Below are positions 11,601-25,400 of a stretch of DNA of 64,000 nucleotides, one piece after another. Source of the DNA: Azolla caroliniana (taxonomy: Eukaryota; Plantae; Polypodiophyta); assembly GCA_043228905.1 (NCBI GenBank), contig JBHGNT010000017.1:12338001-12402000 (forward strand), in the 5' to 3' direction. The number at the start of each line of letters is the position of its first letter. The first letter of the stretch is position 1. The position numbers were made by a program, and so were the translations under genes. The notes below the pieces were generated by a model, which saw only the letters and a program-made list of their open reading frames with translations, ran no database searches and was not told the origin of the DNA.

Positions 11601-12168
11601 GAGGCTACGCAAGATCCAGATGGATCTCTCTACTCACCTTCGTCATGCTCAACACACACAGAAGACTTATGCGGATCGTCATCGGATTCCCTCCTCTTTT
11701 GCCATCGGAGATCGGGTATGGCTCTTACGTCGTCACATCAAGACTACTCGACCGTGCGACAAATTGGATTATCGACGACTCGGTGCCTTCCGTATTACGG
11801 GTAAGATTAATGATGTCACCTTCTGCCTTGATCTCCCTCCGTAGCTTCAGATACATTTGGTTTTCCATTATTCTCTTCTTGAACCTTATAAAGCAAACAC
11901 CATTCCCGATCGTGTGACACCACCACCGCCCCTGCTGGAGTTGGACGCCGGCCCGGAGTATGAAGTTGCTGCCATCCTCGATTCCAAACTTGTTCGCAAC
12001 AAACTTTATTACTTGGTCGATTGGCTCGGTTATAGTTCGAGCGAACGTACTTGGGAACCCGTCGAGCATCTTGCCAATGCACAGGATCTTCTTGCTGATT
12101 TCCACCGAAAATATCCGGACAAACCCGGTCCACAATTAGCGCCGACTCGTTCCACTCGTCGTCTTTAA
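8639..12168 (+). pseudogene. pol of element A: protease, RT, RNase H, integrase, chromodomain
   Basis: ALLDSGA; MPFGLTNAPA and YLDD; ADASD...HDKELLAI; H..GH and C..C; SDRG, YHPQTDGQAER; EYEVAAILDSK...YLVDWLGY...TWEP. Stop at 10829 and small deletions in INT. Confidence 0.95.
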
Positions 12169-12599
12169 GGGGGAGATAGTGTCATGATATGGCAAGACTC
12201 GAACCCATGACCTTATGCTACATGGGTCGAGCTCTTACCATTAGACTATGAATTGTAATTTGTAGGATATTATTTTCATTTATGTTTTATCATAGAAAAT
12301 TGATGTATATTCCAGATCTCTCTGGAACATTCTAGAAGCTTCAAGATTATTCCTAAAAACACTATAAAAGGAGGCACAAGGCATTGTTTTGAACCAAATT
12401 GGTTCAACACCAGTCTTAAGCCTCTTAGCCGATTTGTACTTATCTTTCATATAATATAAGAGCTGCTGTCATCATCCTATCTCTCTCTCTACTCTTCTCA
12501 CTTTCTCTCTCTCGAGAATCTTACGCAGTCCCGTCCTCTTAGTACTACTCTTCTTAGTACCAATTCCATCTCTACTTTAGTACTATTCCTGACACTCGG

Positions 12600-14430
12600 T
12601 GGTCAAATTTTATCATTCCGCGTAAAGTACGCATGGGGTATTGCTCCATTTGCGCAAATCTTAAAAGTTTGGCTAAAGGTGCCAAGACATAAATGGAAAA
12701 GGATATGCGTAAGAAGTTACTACAGGAGCATTATGAGACACAATCGTTAGAACGAAAGAAGGCGATGCATCATAGAGAGAAGTGTTTGAAGAGGCCCGAA
12801 CAATACATGTGCTTAATGGTAGATGGCATGGACCAGAAGAAGACGTGCTTGCCGCATATGCAGAGGCTCCCCAAATACATCAATGATGAGTGCCTTGTTC
12901 AAATGCACTTGGTGGGATGCTTGGCTTATAATAGGTCTGTTGAACCTAACGTCTTCATTACATACCCCAATGTTCACAATGACCCTAACCTAATAGTTAC
13001 AGTGATTCACCGAGTTTTGATGTCTTGGGACGAACCGTTTCCCCCTGTTCTATACATTCAATTGGATAATACTACTAGAGAGAACAAAAATTCAACTATG
13101 TTTGGCTATCTAAGTATGTTATTCAACCAAGGATTGTTTAGAAAAGTGAAAGTCCATTTTCTTTTGGTTGGCCACACATGATCATATAAATAAGATGTTT
13201 AGCACATTCTCCAGACAGTTGTCTCGGCATGATGCTTTCACATTACCAAAACTATTTGATGTCATTTGTGATGCATATACACCACACCCAAAAGTGTTAC
13301 ACTTGAAGGAGGTATATGACTTTACGAGATATATATCAGATGGGTGTGTTGGGAATGTTAAAGTGCTCACCTAATTAAACAATATAAGCTTCAATCACAT
13401 TTTTATGATAAAGAAAAATGAAATAAGTGTTGAATCTACGCTTTTGTATGCCAAACAATATTCATCTTCTACAAAATGGGAACTTGAAGGTGGTTGCCAG
13501 TTCTTACTTTGTATGCCAAGTACAATTGTCCATGGAGCTAAACAAATGCCAATTGAGAAGAAAGGGCAGTTGCATAGTGACTTGGTATCGGAACGAAAAC
13601 AATTATGGCTCCAAGCCTTAGAAGAAAAAAGAAATCATATTGAGGCCGCAAAGAAATATGCCGCACAACAAGACACGTCATGGTGGGATGTAGTTTTTAG
13701 TGATTAGAAAGGAATTATAGACAATTGTGTATTTGGTGATAATTGCAATTTGGAAACGCCATTCACATGGTCGCTACAACATGATCATGTAAATAAAACT
13801 TCGGAGCAACCAGCAAATGCGATTAATCACAATTTGGTCCATCCACAACAAAGAGACATTTATGTGGGACCAAGGATGACCAAAGCAACCGAAGCTAGAT
13901 GGCAAGGTAATTTGCAAGAGCTCGCGGCGGGGATGTTGATTGCAATGCCTGTTGATGAGGACTCACATGGCCATCAATTTTGGGTTGGTAAAATTCTACA
14001 AGTGCTAATGCATGAAATAGAAAACATGATCAAGTCTATAAAAGTTCATTGGTACAACACTAGAAGTGCAAATGCTTTTACAGGTAAGTATACGTTGGAG
14101 ATGATTGAATGCCCAATGACAAGGGGAGGTAGGAAGAGGAAGCGAAACATTCCTAACACCTCAACCCTTGATGTCTCTGATGTGGATATCATCATGTATG
14201 ACTTCACGCTTACAAAAGTCGAACGATTAAGAAAGTCAACAATAGATATAATAAAAGAAAAATTACCAGGTCTACAAGGTGGCTTGAGTCGAAGGCAAAC
14301 GAGATCTGCTACATATAATCTAGAGTCAAACCATTTGGTTTATGACGAAGATAATGCATTGATTGGTACATCCGAGGATGATGAGGATGAATCGTCATTG
14401 TATATTAGTTATAGTAGTGATTTTCCATAA
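12600..14430 (+). pseudogene. Sola1/DUF7869-like transposase, catalytic and C-terminal part
   Basis: C..C, VDGMDQ...LPH, LYIQLDN..RENKN and FLLVGHTHDHINKMFS motifs, plus a C-terminal FWVGKI...VHWY segment. Broken by stops and frameshifts (ORFs 12693, 13168, 13405, 13750). Confidence 0.8.
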
Positions 14431-14935
14431 AGGAGTGATCATGAATGTATTTTTGGCTATTAAGTGTAACTACATTCTGCTTGTAACAAATCGAGTAATA
14501 TAAAAGCATGTGTTTTGAATTCTTATGATTTCTATGAAAATCGTTTCTTATAAAATAACATTGGTTGTAAAGTTTGTGATATAAATTAAGAATATAACGT
14601 TTTGAAATTCCTCTTTTATTTATTTATTTCTAAATCACGAAAATAGTCAATTTTTAACCTTTTTCATAGTATAGTTGAGAATGTATGATACTGGTATCAA
14701 TGTGCTTTGTAAAATCATTGAAAAAGTACTAAAATCAATAAGAATATTCCTTATCCTTACATTTATGCGTGATCCTTCCACTTGCAAACGCGAACGTGTT
14801 TAAATCCTATTCTCGATTCTTTTATTTAACCTATTGTCAGGAATAGTACTAAAACAGAGAGAGAATCGGTACTAGAGAAGGGAAGTACTATTAGTACTAA
14901 GAGGACTGAGTGCGTAAGACTCACGAAAGAGGAAG

Positions 14936-14971
<36 letters not shown>

Positions 14972-17900
14972 TATATTAGCGTCTTCGGAGGTCAAATATG
15001 ACCTATGAGACCAAAAATATTACATTTCACGTGATACGTGTGAAAGTGAGTAGTGACTCTCGATGTTCAAGAACTTTACTAATGAATGTTGCAATCAAGA
15101 GTGCACATTGTGGTTGTGAGAGGAATTCATGCAAAGATTGGACTCAGTCGAAGAGATGTGGAAAGATGGTCGAATATGATCAAAGGCAGAGCATTGTATC
15201 AAAGTGTGATACTCAGACTTGCAAACTTGTTTAGGGCAAAGGGTGCATAGCTGACCACTCTCATCACTTGTGCCCCAACGCCCTGTTTCACATCGCAATG
15301 CATGTGAGCTAATTCTCATGAAAGCAATGGTTCGAATGGCAGATAATGGTATGGGCTCTAACATGTATCGATGTGTACGATTTCCCCGTTCCGCAAAGAA
15401 TATGGTTTTGTAGTTAGGTGCAACATGTGTAGTATAATGTGTGAAGCGCGAGCCTCCACATTTGTCCCACGTCATGATACATTGGCGTTGCAAAAATGCC
15501 TCATTTACAGAGGAATCTAATGATGCATCATGAAGCAAGTGTCTCGCATCCCATCTACCAAACCATTTTTTATATCTTGCATCCAACCGGAACACAAAAT
15601 TTTTCTTTTATGCGTCTTTTGGATCTTTTTGCTTGCTTCCCACCCAATTCTAGGAAGTCGATGTGAGGGACTTTTTTGAACCTTAAGCATGTATTTAACA
15701 ACCCTTTCCATGGCCATGATCTCAATGGGAAGCGATCCCGTCTCAAGGAGGAGGGTGTAGGGCGTTTGTTTCTTAACTTGTAGAAACTTTGTAAGAAAAT
15801 GTTTTTGGACATTTTTAAACTCTTTCCACATAGATTTAGGGATGCTACCGCCCCATACTTCCACCCCATAGAGAATAACCAATGTCACCAAAGTGTCGAA
15901 AAGATATTTCTTGAGGACCCAAGACTTAATATCTCCAAGATTGCATGTGTTCTCAAATGCATAGTATGCTCGCTTGCCTGCCTCTAAGCGGCGTGTAGCA
16001 CATTCATTCCATCTATGATTTGAAGGAACTTCAAGGCTAAGATATTTGAAGCTTTCCACACATTCAAGTGGCTCATTGTTGTACATAATGCATGGTTTAT
16101 CTCTTTTTTGGCTCTTCACAAGCATAATCTTTGTTTTAGAGCTATTGACACTTAATTTAGTATGCATGCAAAAATTTTCCAATGCCTTCATAAGCTTTTG
16201 TGCATCTCCTAAAGTATTTGCAAAAAGTACTACATCATCTGCATATAGCAAAAGCATAATCACAACATTCCCAATGGCAACTTCTTCAACACATTCTTCC
16301 TTTGCAAACTTGGTAACCATTTCTTCCAATTCATCAATGCATAGACCGAATAGTGTTGGTGAGAGTGGACATCCTTGCTTAACACCAATAGTGCTTTTGA
16401 AAAAATTTGAAAGTTTATCTCTCATGCACACACAACATATAACCTTCTCATAAATTCGGGAAATTGCAAGCATATATTCACTTGGCACCTCAAGTTCTCC
16501 CATTCGCCTCCAAAGATGCTCACGAGGTACCATATCAAAAGCTTTCTTGAAGTCTACAAAGAAACAATATAAACCTTTACCTCTAAGGCGACTTTCCTCC
16601 ATTAATACTCAAAGGGTGACAAGGTGATCAATGGTGCTATGGTGTTTTTGAAAGCCAGCTTGTCCATAAGCTCTCTTACCACTTTTTTCAGCCCATACAC
16701 TTATCTTTGATTCCATTATACATCCAAATAGTTTAGCCATTAATGAGCCAACCATGATGGTTCGATAGTTGTTTACATTATTTATATCTCCACCTTTATG
16801 TAAAGGTTTGATCCAATTTGTAGTCCAATCGTACGGCATACCATGTTGCAATGCATCATTAAACATATCTCTTATCCATATATGTGCTTCCTTTCCCGTC
16901 CATTTGAGCATTTCAACCTTTATACATTGAAGATCGCTTGCCTTTCGAGACGCCAATTTCTTAAGTCCTATGCATATATCTTCAATTGTAAAGAAGGGAG
17001 GCATTTGTGAAAGAGAACCATAACACATCATCTTTCCGGCAAGAGATAACTCATATAAATTCTTACAATGCATAGACAAGTCATGAAGAGTTAAGTCACC
17101 ATAACTCTCAACACGTTTCCCCTTTAGATTTCCCCAAAATTTGGCACATGCATGTGCTTTCTCTTATGTTTGGATAAATTGTTGAGTAACTTCCCATATT
17201 CTTCTCTTTCTTTGAATAAGCCTTTTATACTCATGCAAATGCTTTTGGTAATTCTCTTTATCCATAACTACATCCAAAACCATAAGGCACTTTCATGCTT
17301 CACGACATTCTTTATCAAACCATTTTTTCCTAAGTTTCTTGGTGCATTTCCAAGATGTGCAGCTGGTCGAATTTTTTTTTTTTGTAGAGGAGAGAATGAC
17401 TTTCTTGAAAGCTTCCCATTTTCATTCTAGTGTGGCACCATGTTGTATCTTTGTCATTTGTAACATATCCTCAACCATCTTGGAATACATGGGTGCTCGC
17501 TTAAGTTTCATGCTCAAGTGCGGTTGTTTATTATCTTCAATAGCCTTCTCACAATCAAACCTATGCATACATTTGAGATCAATACATAAAGACCTATGAT
17601 CGGATTCCGGTGTCCATTCACCAAGTGAGAATTTATGTATACGATCCAAAATACCTTCGGAAAGTAGCACATAGTCAATCACACTATTTCCGTTGTGTTT
17701 TCTACATGTAAAACCATTAGTGTTGGGCCATAAGGAAATACCATTTGCAATAGCAATCTGGTAGTATTGCACATTTGTAGGAGTAACTTCCCAAATTGGT
17801 CCGGATCTTTTTCATCACTAGAAGAGCGGCTATACATTTGCATATCCTCTTGCATCCTTGAGATATGTGGCATGAAAGATTCTTGTGAATCAAGTTGGAA

Positions 17901-19493
17901 ACTTCTTCTACGAGCATTCATGTCACCAAAGACAATAACTTCCCCTTTGGATTTGAAATAAGCAATATCATCTTCTAGATTGGCAAATGGTTGATCTTTA
18001 TCCAAACAAGCATAAAAGTTAGAATCTTGATGAGGAATGTAACATCCAACTACAAAAGTGGGCAAATCATTCGGTGTTTCTATTTTGAGTCATATGTAGC
18101 ATTTATGTTCATCATTTTTTATGATTGACACATATTTCTCTATTTCCTTCTTAATCAAACATGCCACCCCTCCTTGTCCTCTTCTTTGTCTTGGATTTTT
18201 CTTCCATATCAAAGAGTGTACATTATAGTTTCCTAAACCTTGAATCCTTTGAGTATCATGCTCCCATGTTTCAACAAGAAGTGTGATGTCCGAGTCATTG
18301 GTGAACTCCTCTATGCCAAATCCTGCATTCCATGGGTATCCATTGCAATTCCAAAAGAATAGTCGTAAAAGGTGTGGGTTAGTCTCATAGATCACGTGTC
18401 CCTATTTGCCTATATTTCCATCTTTAGGCACATCCTTAACCTTATTTTTCAATCTTTCTTCATATGCTTTACGGCGAGCATTCTGTTGTGAGATAGTACG
18501 ATCTTCACTCACAAAGCATTGCGTACCTTTGAGGTATACCCAACTATTTTCGAGTATGATCCGCCGCTTTGTATCATCTGTCATTGTGCATACAATAGGC
18601 CTTTCTCTGGAGCGAGTAACACCATGTTTCCCAACTCGGTGTGCCCCATATACATTCACATCTGACATCCCATAATGCATGCTAAATAATTCACCAATGG
18701 CCTTTCCAAGGGATGCCGTTGTTTCCATACTCTCTTCTTTAATCCCACAGACGACAATATTCTTTGATCATCGTTCACGTTTATTTCAATTCTCAGACAT
18801 CTTTGCTTTCTATATTCTTCTCTTGATGCATCACATGCATATTAGATGAGTTTGATAGCACATCCCCACCACATATATCGGCCCATGACTTCGTTGTACA
18901 TACATTTTTCATCTCACTTACATCCCGCCTCATCGTGTCCAATTTTTTATTCTTTTAATGCTTCCTTTAACTCAATCTTGTTAAGGCGCTCATTTGTTTC
19001 GAAAGAAGCTCTTTTACATTCTTGAATCTCTTCTTGAAGTTTTGCAACCACTTGTTTAAGACTTTCATTCTCAATGACAACACTTTGGAGCTTAGCATTC
19101 TCTTTCATTTACGTCCTAATCTCTTCACCTTGCTTGTTTATGGTTTCTTGAAGAGAAATCAAGTGACTCATAAGCATTTTGTCCATTGCATTGGAATCAA
19201 GATTTGTTGGGGATCTCGGCCCATTATCAATCATACCCCCGAACTTTGCGGTGGCTTTACGAGTATTTGCCATTGTAGGGACAAAACCTATGGGAAGAGA
19301 GAGACAGAGAGGGAAGGAGAGAGAATGTACCTTTCACTCGATTTAGGGCTTCAAAATCTACCTTGCGTTTGAGGAACCGTGGGGCAAAGATGGTTGCGGA
19401 TGAAAATGCTCATAACTTCTCATCACAGTAACGGAATTCAGTAAATGAACATTGTTTAGAAAGTTCTCTGAAAGAGCTTTCGAATGAGCTATA
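14936..19493 (-). mobile_element. Near full-length non-LTR retrotransposon (RTEX-like LINE), degraded
   Basis: ORF1 about 19273-18402 (coiled coil, then NIVVCGIKE...HRVGK...RPIV...SEDRT). ORF2 about 18395-15100 has an APE domain (WNCNG, ETW, GGVA, GDMNAR, SVIDY, SDHR), RT (QAGF, FVDFKKAFD, GVKQGCPLSPTLF, YADD) and C-terminal RISSHALRCETGRW...CTLC...H...C. The (TCTA)n 3' tail is at 14936-14971. The clade call is from motifs only. Confidence 0.88.
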
Positions 19494-19495
19494 GA

Positions 19496-19539
<44 letters not shown>

Positions 19540-22394
19540 ATGATAACAGATGATATATTATGTGAAGAGTAAATACAAAATAGTTATGAGGCGTAAGACT
19601 GGCGTTGAACCAATTTGGTTCGAAATGATGCCTTGTGCCTCCTTTTATAGTGTTCTCAGGAGTAGTCCTGAAGCTTCTAGAATGTTCCAAAGAAATCTGG
19701 AATATACATTAATTTTCTATGGTAAAACTTATATGAAAATAAAATCCTACGTATTACAATAGATAGTGCAATGGTCAAGAGCTCGACCCATATAACATGG
19801 GTTCGAGTCTTGCCATATCATGACATTGTGGCCCCTTAAAACGATGAGTGTTACGAGGCAGCGCTGATTGGGGACCAGGTTTGTCCGGATACTGTTGGTG
19901 GAAATCAGCAAGAAGATCATGAGCATTGGTGACATGCTCGACGGGTTCCCAAGTACGTTCTCTTGGACTATAGCCGAGCCAATCGACCAAATAATAAAGT
20001 TTGTTGCGAACAAACTTGGAGTCGAGGACGACAACAACTTCATATTCTGGGCTAGCGTCCAACTCAAGCGGGGGCGGCGGCGGCGTAACACGATCGGGAA
20101 TAGTGTTGGCCTGATAAGATTTGAGAAGAGAACTATGAAAGAACGGATGTATTTGAAGGTGTGGAGGAAGATCAAGGCGGAACGTGGCATCATTAATCTT
20201 GCCGATAATACGGAAAGGACCGAGTCGTCGATAATCAAATTTGTCGCATGGTCGAGTAGTCTTGATGTGACGACGTAAGAGCCATACTCAATCTCTGATG
20301 GCAAAAGAGGAGGGAAGCCGATGACGATCTGCATAAGTCTTCTGTGTGTGTCAAGCATGACGAAGATGAGTAGATAGATCCGTCTGAATCTTGTGTAGCC
20401 TCTCCAAATGATCCTCGACACGAGGATTGGTAGGTAGCTCCGGAGTGTCGATCACAGACCAGCGAGGATGAGAACTAGTATAAGTGTAAAATGGGGAGAC
20501 CCGAGTTTAGGAGTGAATAGCGTTATCATAAGCAAACTCAGCAAAGTGGAGAATATCAGCCCAATCGTCCTGTTGATAACTCAGAAAACACCGAAGATAT
20601 TGTTTTAGCGTTTGGTTTGTTCTTTCTGGTTGCCCATCAGTTTGGGGATGATAGCCGGAAGAGAGGTTGCAAGAGACCTTGAGCATCTTGAAGAGATGCT
20701 TCCAAAATTTGGAGACGAATTGAGGTCTGTGGTCACTGATGATACTGTCTAGGAGGCCATGATGCCGAAAAATCTCACGCATGACAAGGGCGGCGGTTTC
20801 CTTACTAGCGTCTTTACTAGGCAACAAGCATCATAGGTTCGAACATAGTTCTCGACAAAACGTCGCATATGGGGCCACCAAAAAGATTGTCGGACTAGAT
20901 CCAATGTCTTAGTACTACCGAAATGTCCAGTTGTATGGGTATCGTCACAATTTTGGATGATTTGAAGGCGACAGGAGCAATCGGGAACATACACGAGCTT
21001 TTTAAAGAATAAAAAACCATCATGATATTCGAATTATCGGTAGTCTATACCTGGTTGTTGAGACTAGGAATAGGATGCCCGAGAGGCATCAATTTGTGCT
21101 AGAATGGCTTGAGCAAAAATGTCTATCTTCAAATTGGCACGTATGGCATCGATAATCCGGGAATCCAGTGGAGTGTGAAAAAACCGCGTTGTGTGCAAAC
21201 GTGTTGGTCCCAAGATTACCTGCTTTTGATTATCAAATGCTGGATCACCAGGACGAGGTGCAAGATATGAGCATCGCGATAGTGCATCTGCTTTTCCTTG
21301 TTGTTTCCCCGGCTGATATGTGATTTTGAAGTCAAAACATATGAGAAATTGGGCCCACCGAGGTTGTCGATTTAGTACGCGAGCATTCTAGAAATATGCA
21401 AGATTTTTGTGATCATTGAAGATGATGACCTGATGAGGAGAGCCTTCTAAGAAGTGCCGCCAGTGCACAAACCAATCCACAATGGCTAATAACTCCTTGT
21501 CATGTGTCTCGTAGTTGATTTTCGGGGCATCAAATTTGCGCGAGTGGAAAGCCACATGATGTAACTCTTCTTTATCTCCTTGTTGTGAAAGGATGCTACC
21601 GAGGGTGAAATCCGATGCGTCAGCCTCCATGATGAATGGTTTGTTTGTATCCACATGAGCTAGAATAGGAGCTCATGTAAAGTCTTTCTTAAGATGCATA
21701 AAAGCCATGTCTGCTTCATTGGACCAAAGAAAGGATTGTCCCTTCTTGGTAAGCTATATGAGAGGCAAAATAATCTTCGAGTAATCTTGTATAAACTTGT
21801 GGTAGAATTTAGTGAAGCCTAGGAAACATTGCACATCTCATATCGAACGTGGAGTTTGCCACTCTAGCACAATTTTGACTTTAGCTGGATCCATGAACAT
21901 GCCTTTTGAGGAGATGACGTAGCCTAGAAATTCCACTTGCTTGCAGTCAAAGCTACGTTTTTCTAGTTTGGCTTAAAGACGATGCTGTTGGAGTGATTTT
22001 AGTACTAATAGTACATGAGAATCATGCTCTTCCTGAGTCTTGTCACGGACATAGACGAGGGCAAGGACAAGTAGGCGAGCTCAATATTAACAAAGAGAGA
22101 AAGATAGATATATAGATAGAGAGAACAAGAGAGAGAGAGAGAGAGGGTAGACAAAAGAGCGAGAACTAAATTATGCTTCCAGAATTGGTGTTGTTCACCT
22201 TGATTGTAATCAAGGTGCACCGAAATATTTATACAAGAATGTGGTGGTATGCATTTAAGCTAGGAAACATCTAGAGAATGCATGGAAACTTCTAGAGAGT
22301 GCATGTTTATGCATTCTCTAGAAGTTTCTTGAAAGTTTTACTGATTAACTTACAATGTAAAAAGTTGAAATTTATTCAATACATAATGCATAGA

Positions 22395-22466
22395 TGGAAT
22401 GTAGCTCAATTGGTAAGGTTGCCCAATAAGACCAAGAGGTCATGGGTTCAACCTCCTACATTCCAT
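22395..22466 (+). ncRNA. tRNA-derived cassette in the family-3 LTR (second copy about 39823-39893)
   Basis: Perfect 7-bp acceptor-like stem TGGAATG/CATTCCA, A box TAGCTCAATTGG, AGGTC variable loop and B box GGTTCAACC. The anticodon arm is not paired. Confidence 0.8.
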
Positions 22467-25400
22467 CGTGTCTATGAAATTATTCTCCCTCTAAGGTTTC
22501 CTCTTGAGACTCACGGTTGGCTTATGTGGGTATCGTCGATGAAAATCACGAATGGCCTCCAAAATGGGGTACCTTTTCCATAAGACCAAATATTGGAGCT
22601 GTCAACGATGATATCGAGAGTCGAGGATTTGGTCAACCTCATATTCTTCGCCCGTCGACAATTCCACAAGTGGCAGTGGAGGAGGGTGTCGTCCTGGAAT
22701 TCGAGAAGGATGGTAGAGTTTGAGGAGGGAAACATGAAAAAAATCGTGAATCCTGAATGTTGGTGGAAGTGCTAACCGGAAGGCGACTGGGTTGATTCGT
22801 TCGATGATATGAAAGGGGCGTAGTCTTTTGTAGTCCAATTTTGCAGAAGGACGTGTGGTGGCGATGTGACGATGTAACAGCCAAACCATGTCCCCGATTG
22901 CAAATGTCGGTGGAGCTAAACGATATTTATAGTGGTCACCAGCAACACGGAGCTCCAAGGAGAGGTCACGATGGACATTGTGTAAAGCGCAGGCACGCGT
23001 GTCTACCGAAGGATTGACTGAAGTTGTAGGTATGGAAATGCTGAAACGAGGTTGAAATACATAGTTTGCAAAGAAGGGGGAAACCTTAGTCGAAGCATGG
23101 ATACTATTATCGTAACCAAATTCCGTCATTGCAAGGAAGTCCACCTAGTCCTCTTGTTGGTAACTCACGGTACACCAAAGGTATTATTCAAGGATTTGGT
23201 TGACTTGCTCCGTTTGTCCATCAGTTTGACGATGGAATGCTGAGGACAAGTTGACAAAAGTCCTGAATGTTTGTAGAAGTCGTCGTCAAAAGTGGGAAAT
23301 GAACTGAGAACCTCGATCAGAGGTGATATCCTCGGGTAAGTCGTGTAATTGAAAAACATTTTAAAGAAAAAGATCAGTTGTCTCTACCCCGGAAATGGTT
23401 TTGGAACATGGAACAAAGTGAGCCATCTTCGAAAAACGATCGACAATGACTAGCATTGTGTCATGTCCACTAATCAGAGGGAGGTCGGTGATAAAGTCCA
23501 TGGATAGAGAGACCCATGGTCGACGTGGAATGGGGAGCGGGTGGAGAAGACCATATGGCCGATGGTGAGGCGTTTTGGACCGACCACATACATCACATGT
23601 CTTGATAAATTCCTTGACAAATTTCCAAGGTTGGGTCCATCAAAACCCTCGAGATAGCAATTCCAGGGTTTTCATAACCCCAAAGTGGCCGGCAGGAGGA
23701 TCATCATGACAGTTTTGTAGAACCCGTGTACAACATGAACGTTCGGGAATGTTCAAGAGATGATTACGATATAGTAACCCATCCCAGATTGTAAATTGGT
23801 TGAGATATGAGCTTTTCATGTCCAGAGATGGGTCATTAATGCGGCCCATGATTTCTTTGGCGAATGGGTCTGACATGGTTGTCGTGGCGATGTTGTTGAG
23901 CAAAGAATCATCATGTAACATGCAAGTGGTGAACATCTGAAGTTGATCGGGCCGCAACAAACAATGGGATTGTTGTGAATATGCATCATCTCCTGGGCGC
24001 AATGCAAAATCAGGTCGCCGAGAGAGGGCATCAGCTTTCCCATGTTGAACTCCGGGTCAAAACAAGATCTCAAAGTCGTAGTCAGCGAGAAAAGATGACC
24101 ATCGGGCTTGCCTCCGATTCAATGTACGACTAGTGGTGAAGTAAATTAGTTTTTGGTGGTCGGTCAGCATCTGGATGCGATGTTGGGCCCCGGCCAAATA
24201 GGGTCGCCATTCGGTGAAGGCAAATATGATTGTTGCCAGCTCCTTGTCGTAGACTGGATAATTGATTTCCGGGGCGGTAAATTTCTGAGAGTAGAAGGCA
24301 ACAAGACGTAGTGTACCCTCATTGTCTGGTTGGGACAGGACAACTCCAATGGCAAAGTCGGAGGCATCGGTTTCGACTTGGAAGGGCCTTGTGGGGTCAA
24401 GGTGAACACATCCAAAGAAATGAAGTATCTTTTCTTGTAAGGATGATTAGAGGTTGTACTAAAGACAAAAAACCATTGATAAATCATCGATAGAAATTTG
24501 CAAAACCAAAAAATGATTGTACCTCTTTCAACCGAGTAGGGACAGGCCAATCGGTGATTTCCGCTACCTTGCGTGCATCCATTGTGATCTCGAAGGGTGA
24601 AATCACGTAGCTTAGAAATTCAACAGAGGTTCGATCGAATTCACATTTCTCACTTTTGGCGTAAAGTCCATGTTCCCGAAGTTTGGATAGGACCAATCAG
24701 ACGTGTCGGGTGTGCTCCTCTATGTTGGAAGAAAAAACTAAAATGTCGTCAAGGTAGATCATCACAAAGTGATCGAGATACTCCCGAAATATATTGTTCA
24801 TCATGTGCTGAAAGACCGCAGGGGCGTTGGTGAGACCAAAAGGCATCATCTTGTACTCGAAATGTCCATTGTGTGTTCGGAAGGTCGTTTTCCACTCGTC
24901 TCCTAGCTTGATATGCACCAGATTGTAGGCTCCCCGAAGGTCGATTTTGGTGAAGATATGCCCGGTTCGAAGTCGGTCAAGAAGTGTTGGAATTAAAGGC
25001 AAGCGGTAATGATTACGTACCGTAATTTTGTTGAGACCCCGATAATCCACAAATAGGCGTAATGAGTCGTCCTTCTTCTTGACAAATAAGATTGGGGCTC
25101 CCCGCCGGTGATTTGGAGGGTTGAATGAAGCCCTTAGCGAGGTTTTCATCCAGATATGTGCGAAGGGCCTCAAGTTCAGGTTCAGATAGCCCATAGATGG
25201 GCCCAAATGGTGGGTGTGCACCATCTTAGAGTTCGATTGGGCAATCATAGGGGTGATGTGCTTGCAACTGGTCTGCATTTCGCTTTTCGAACACATCCAA
25301 AAAATCATTATATCTTGCGGGCAAATTGGTGACAGGAGTAGGGACGTCCTATGACACAACGGGCATGGAAGTGACCACGCTAGAATCGGCCACAACAAAA

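Larger units (their letters stand above)
6998..12594 (+). mobile_element. Element A: full-length Ty3/gypsy chromovirus (Tcn1-like), LTR family 1
   Basis: LTRs 6998-7411 and 12180-12594 (TGTCA...TGACA, about 13 differences), TSD CTCGG at 6993-6997 and 12595-12599, PPT at 12167-12176, domain order gag-PR-RT-RH-INT-CHD. Confidence 0.97.

Noticed and set aside
22395-22466. Functional tRNA gene
   Set aside because: There is no paired anticodon arm, the T stem is weak and it is an integral part of an LTR, so it is reported as a tRNA-derived cassette instead.
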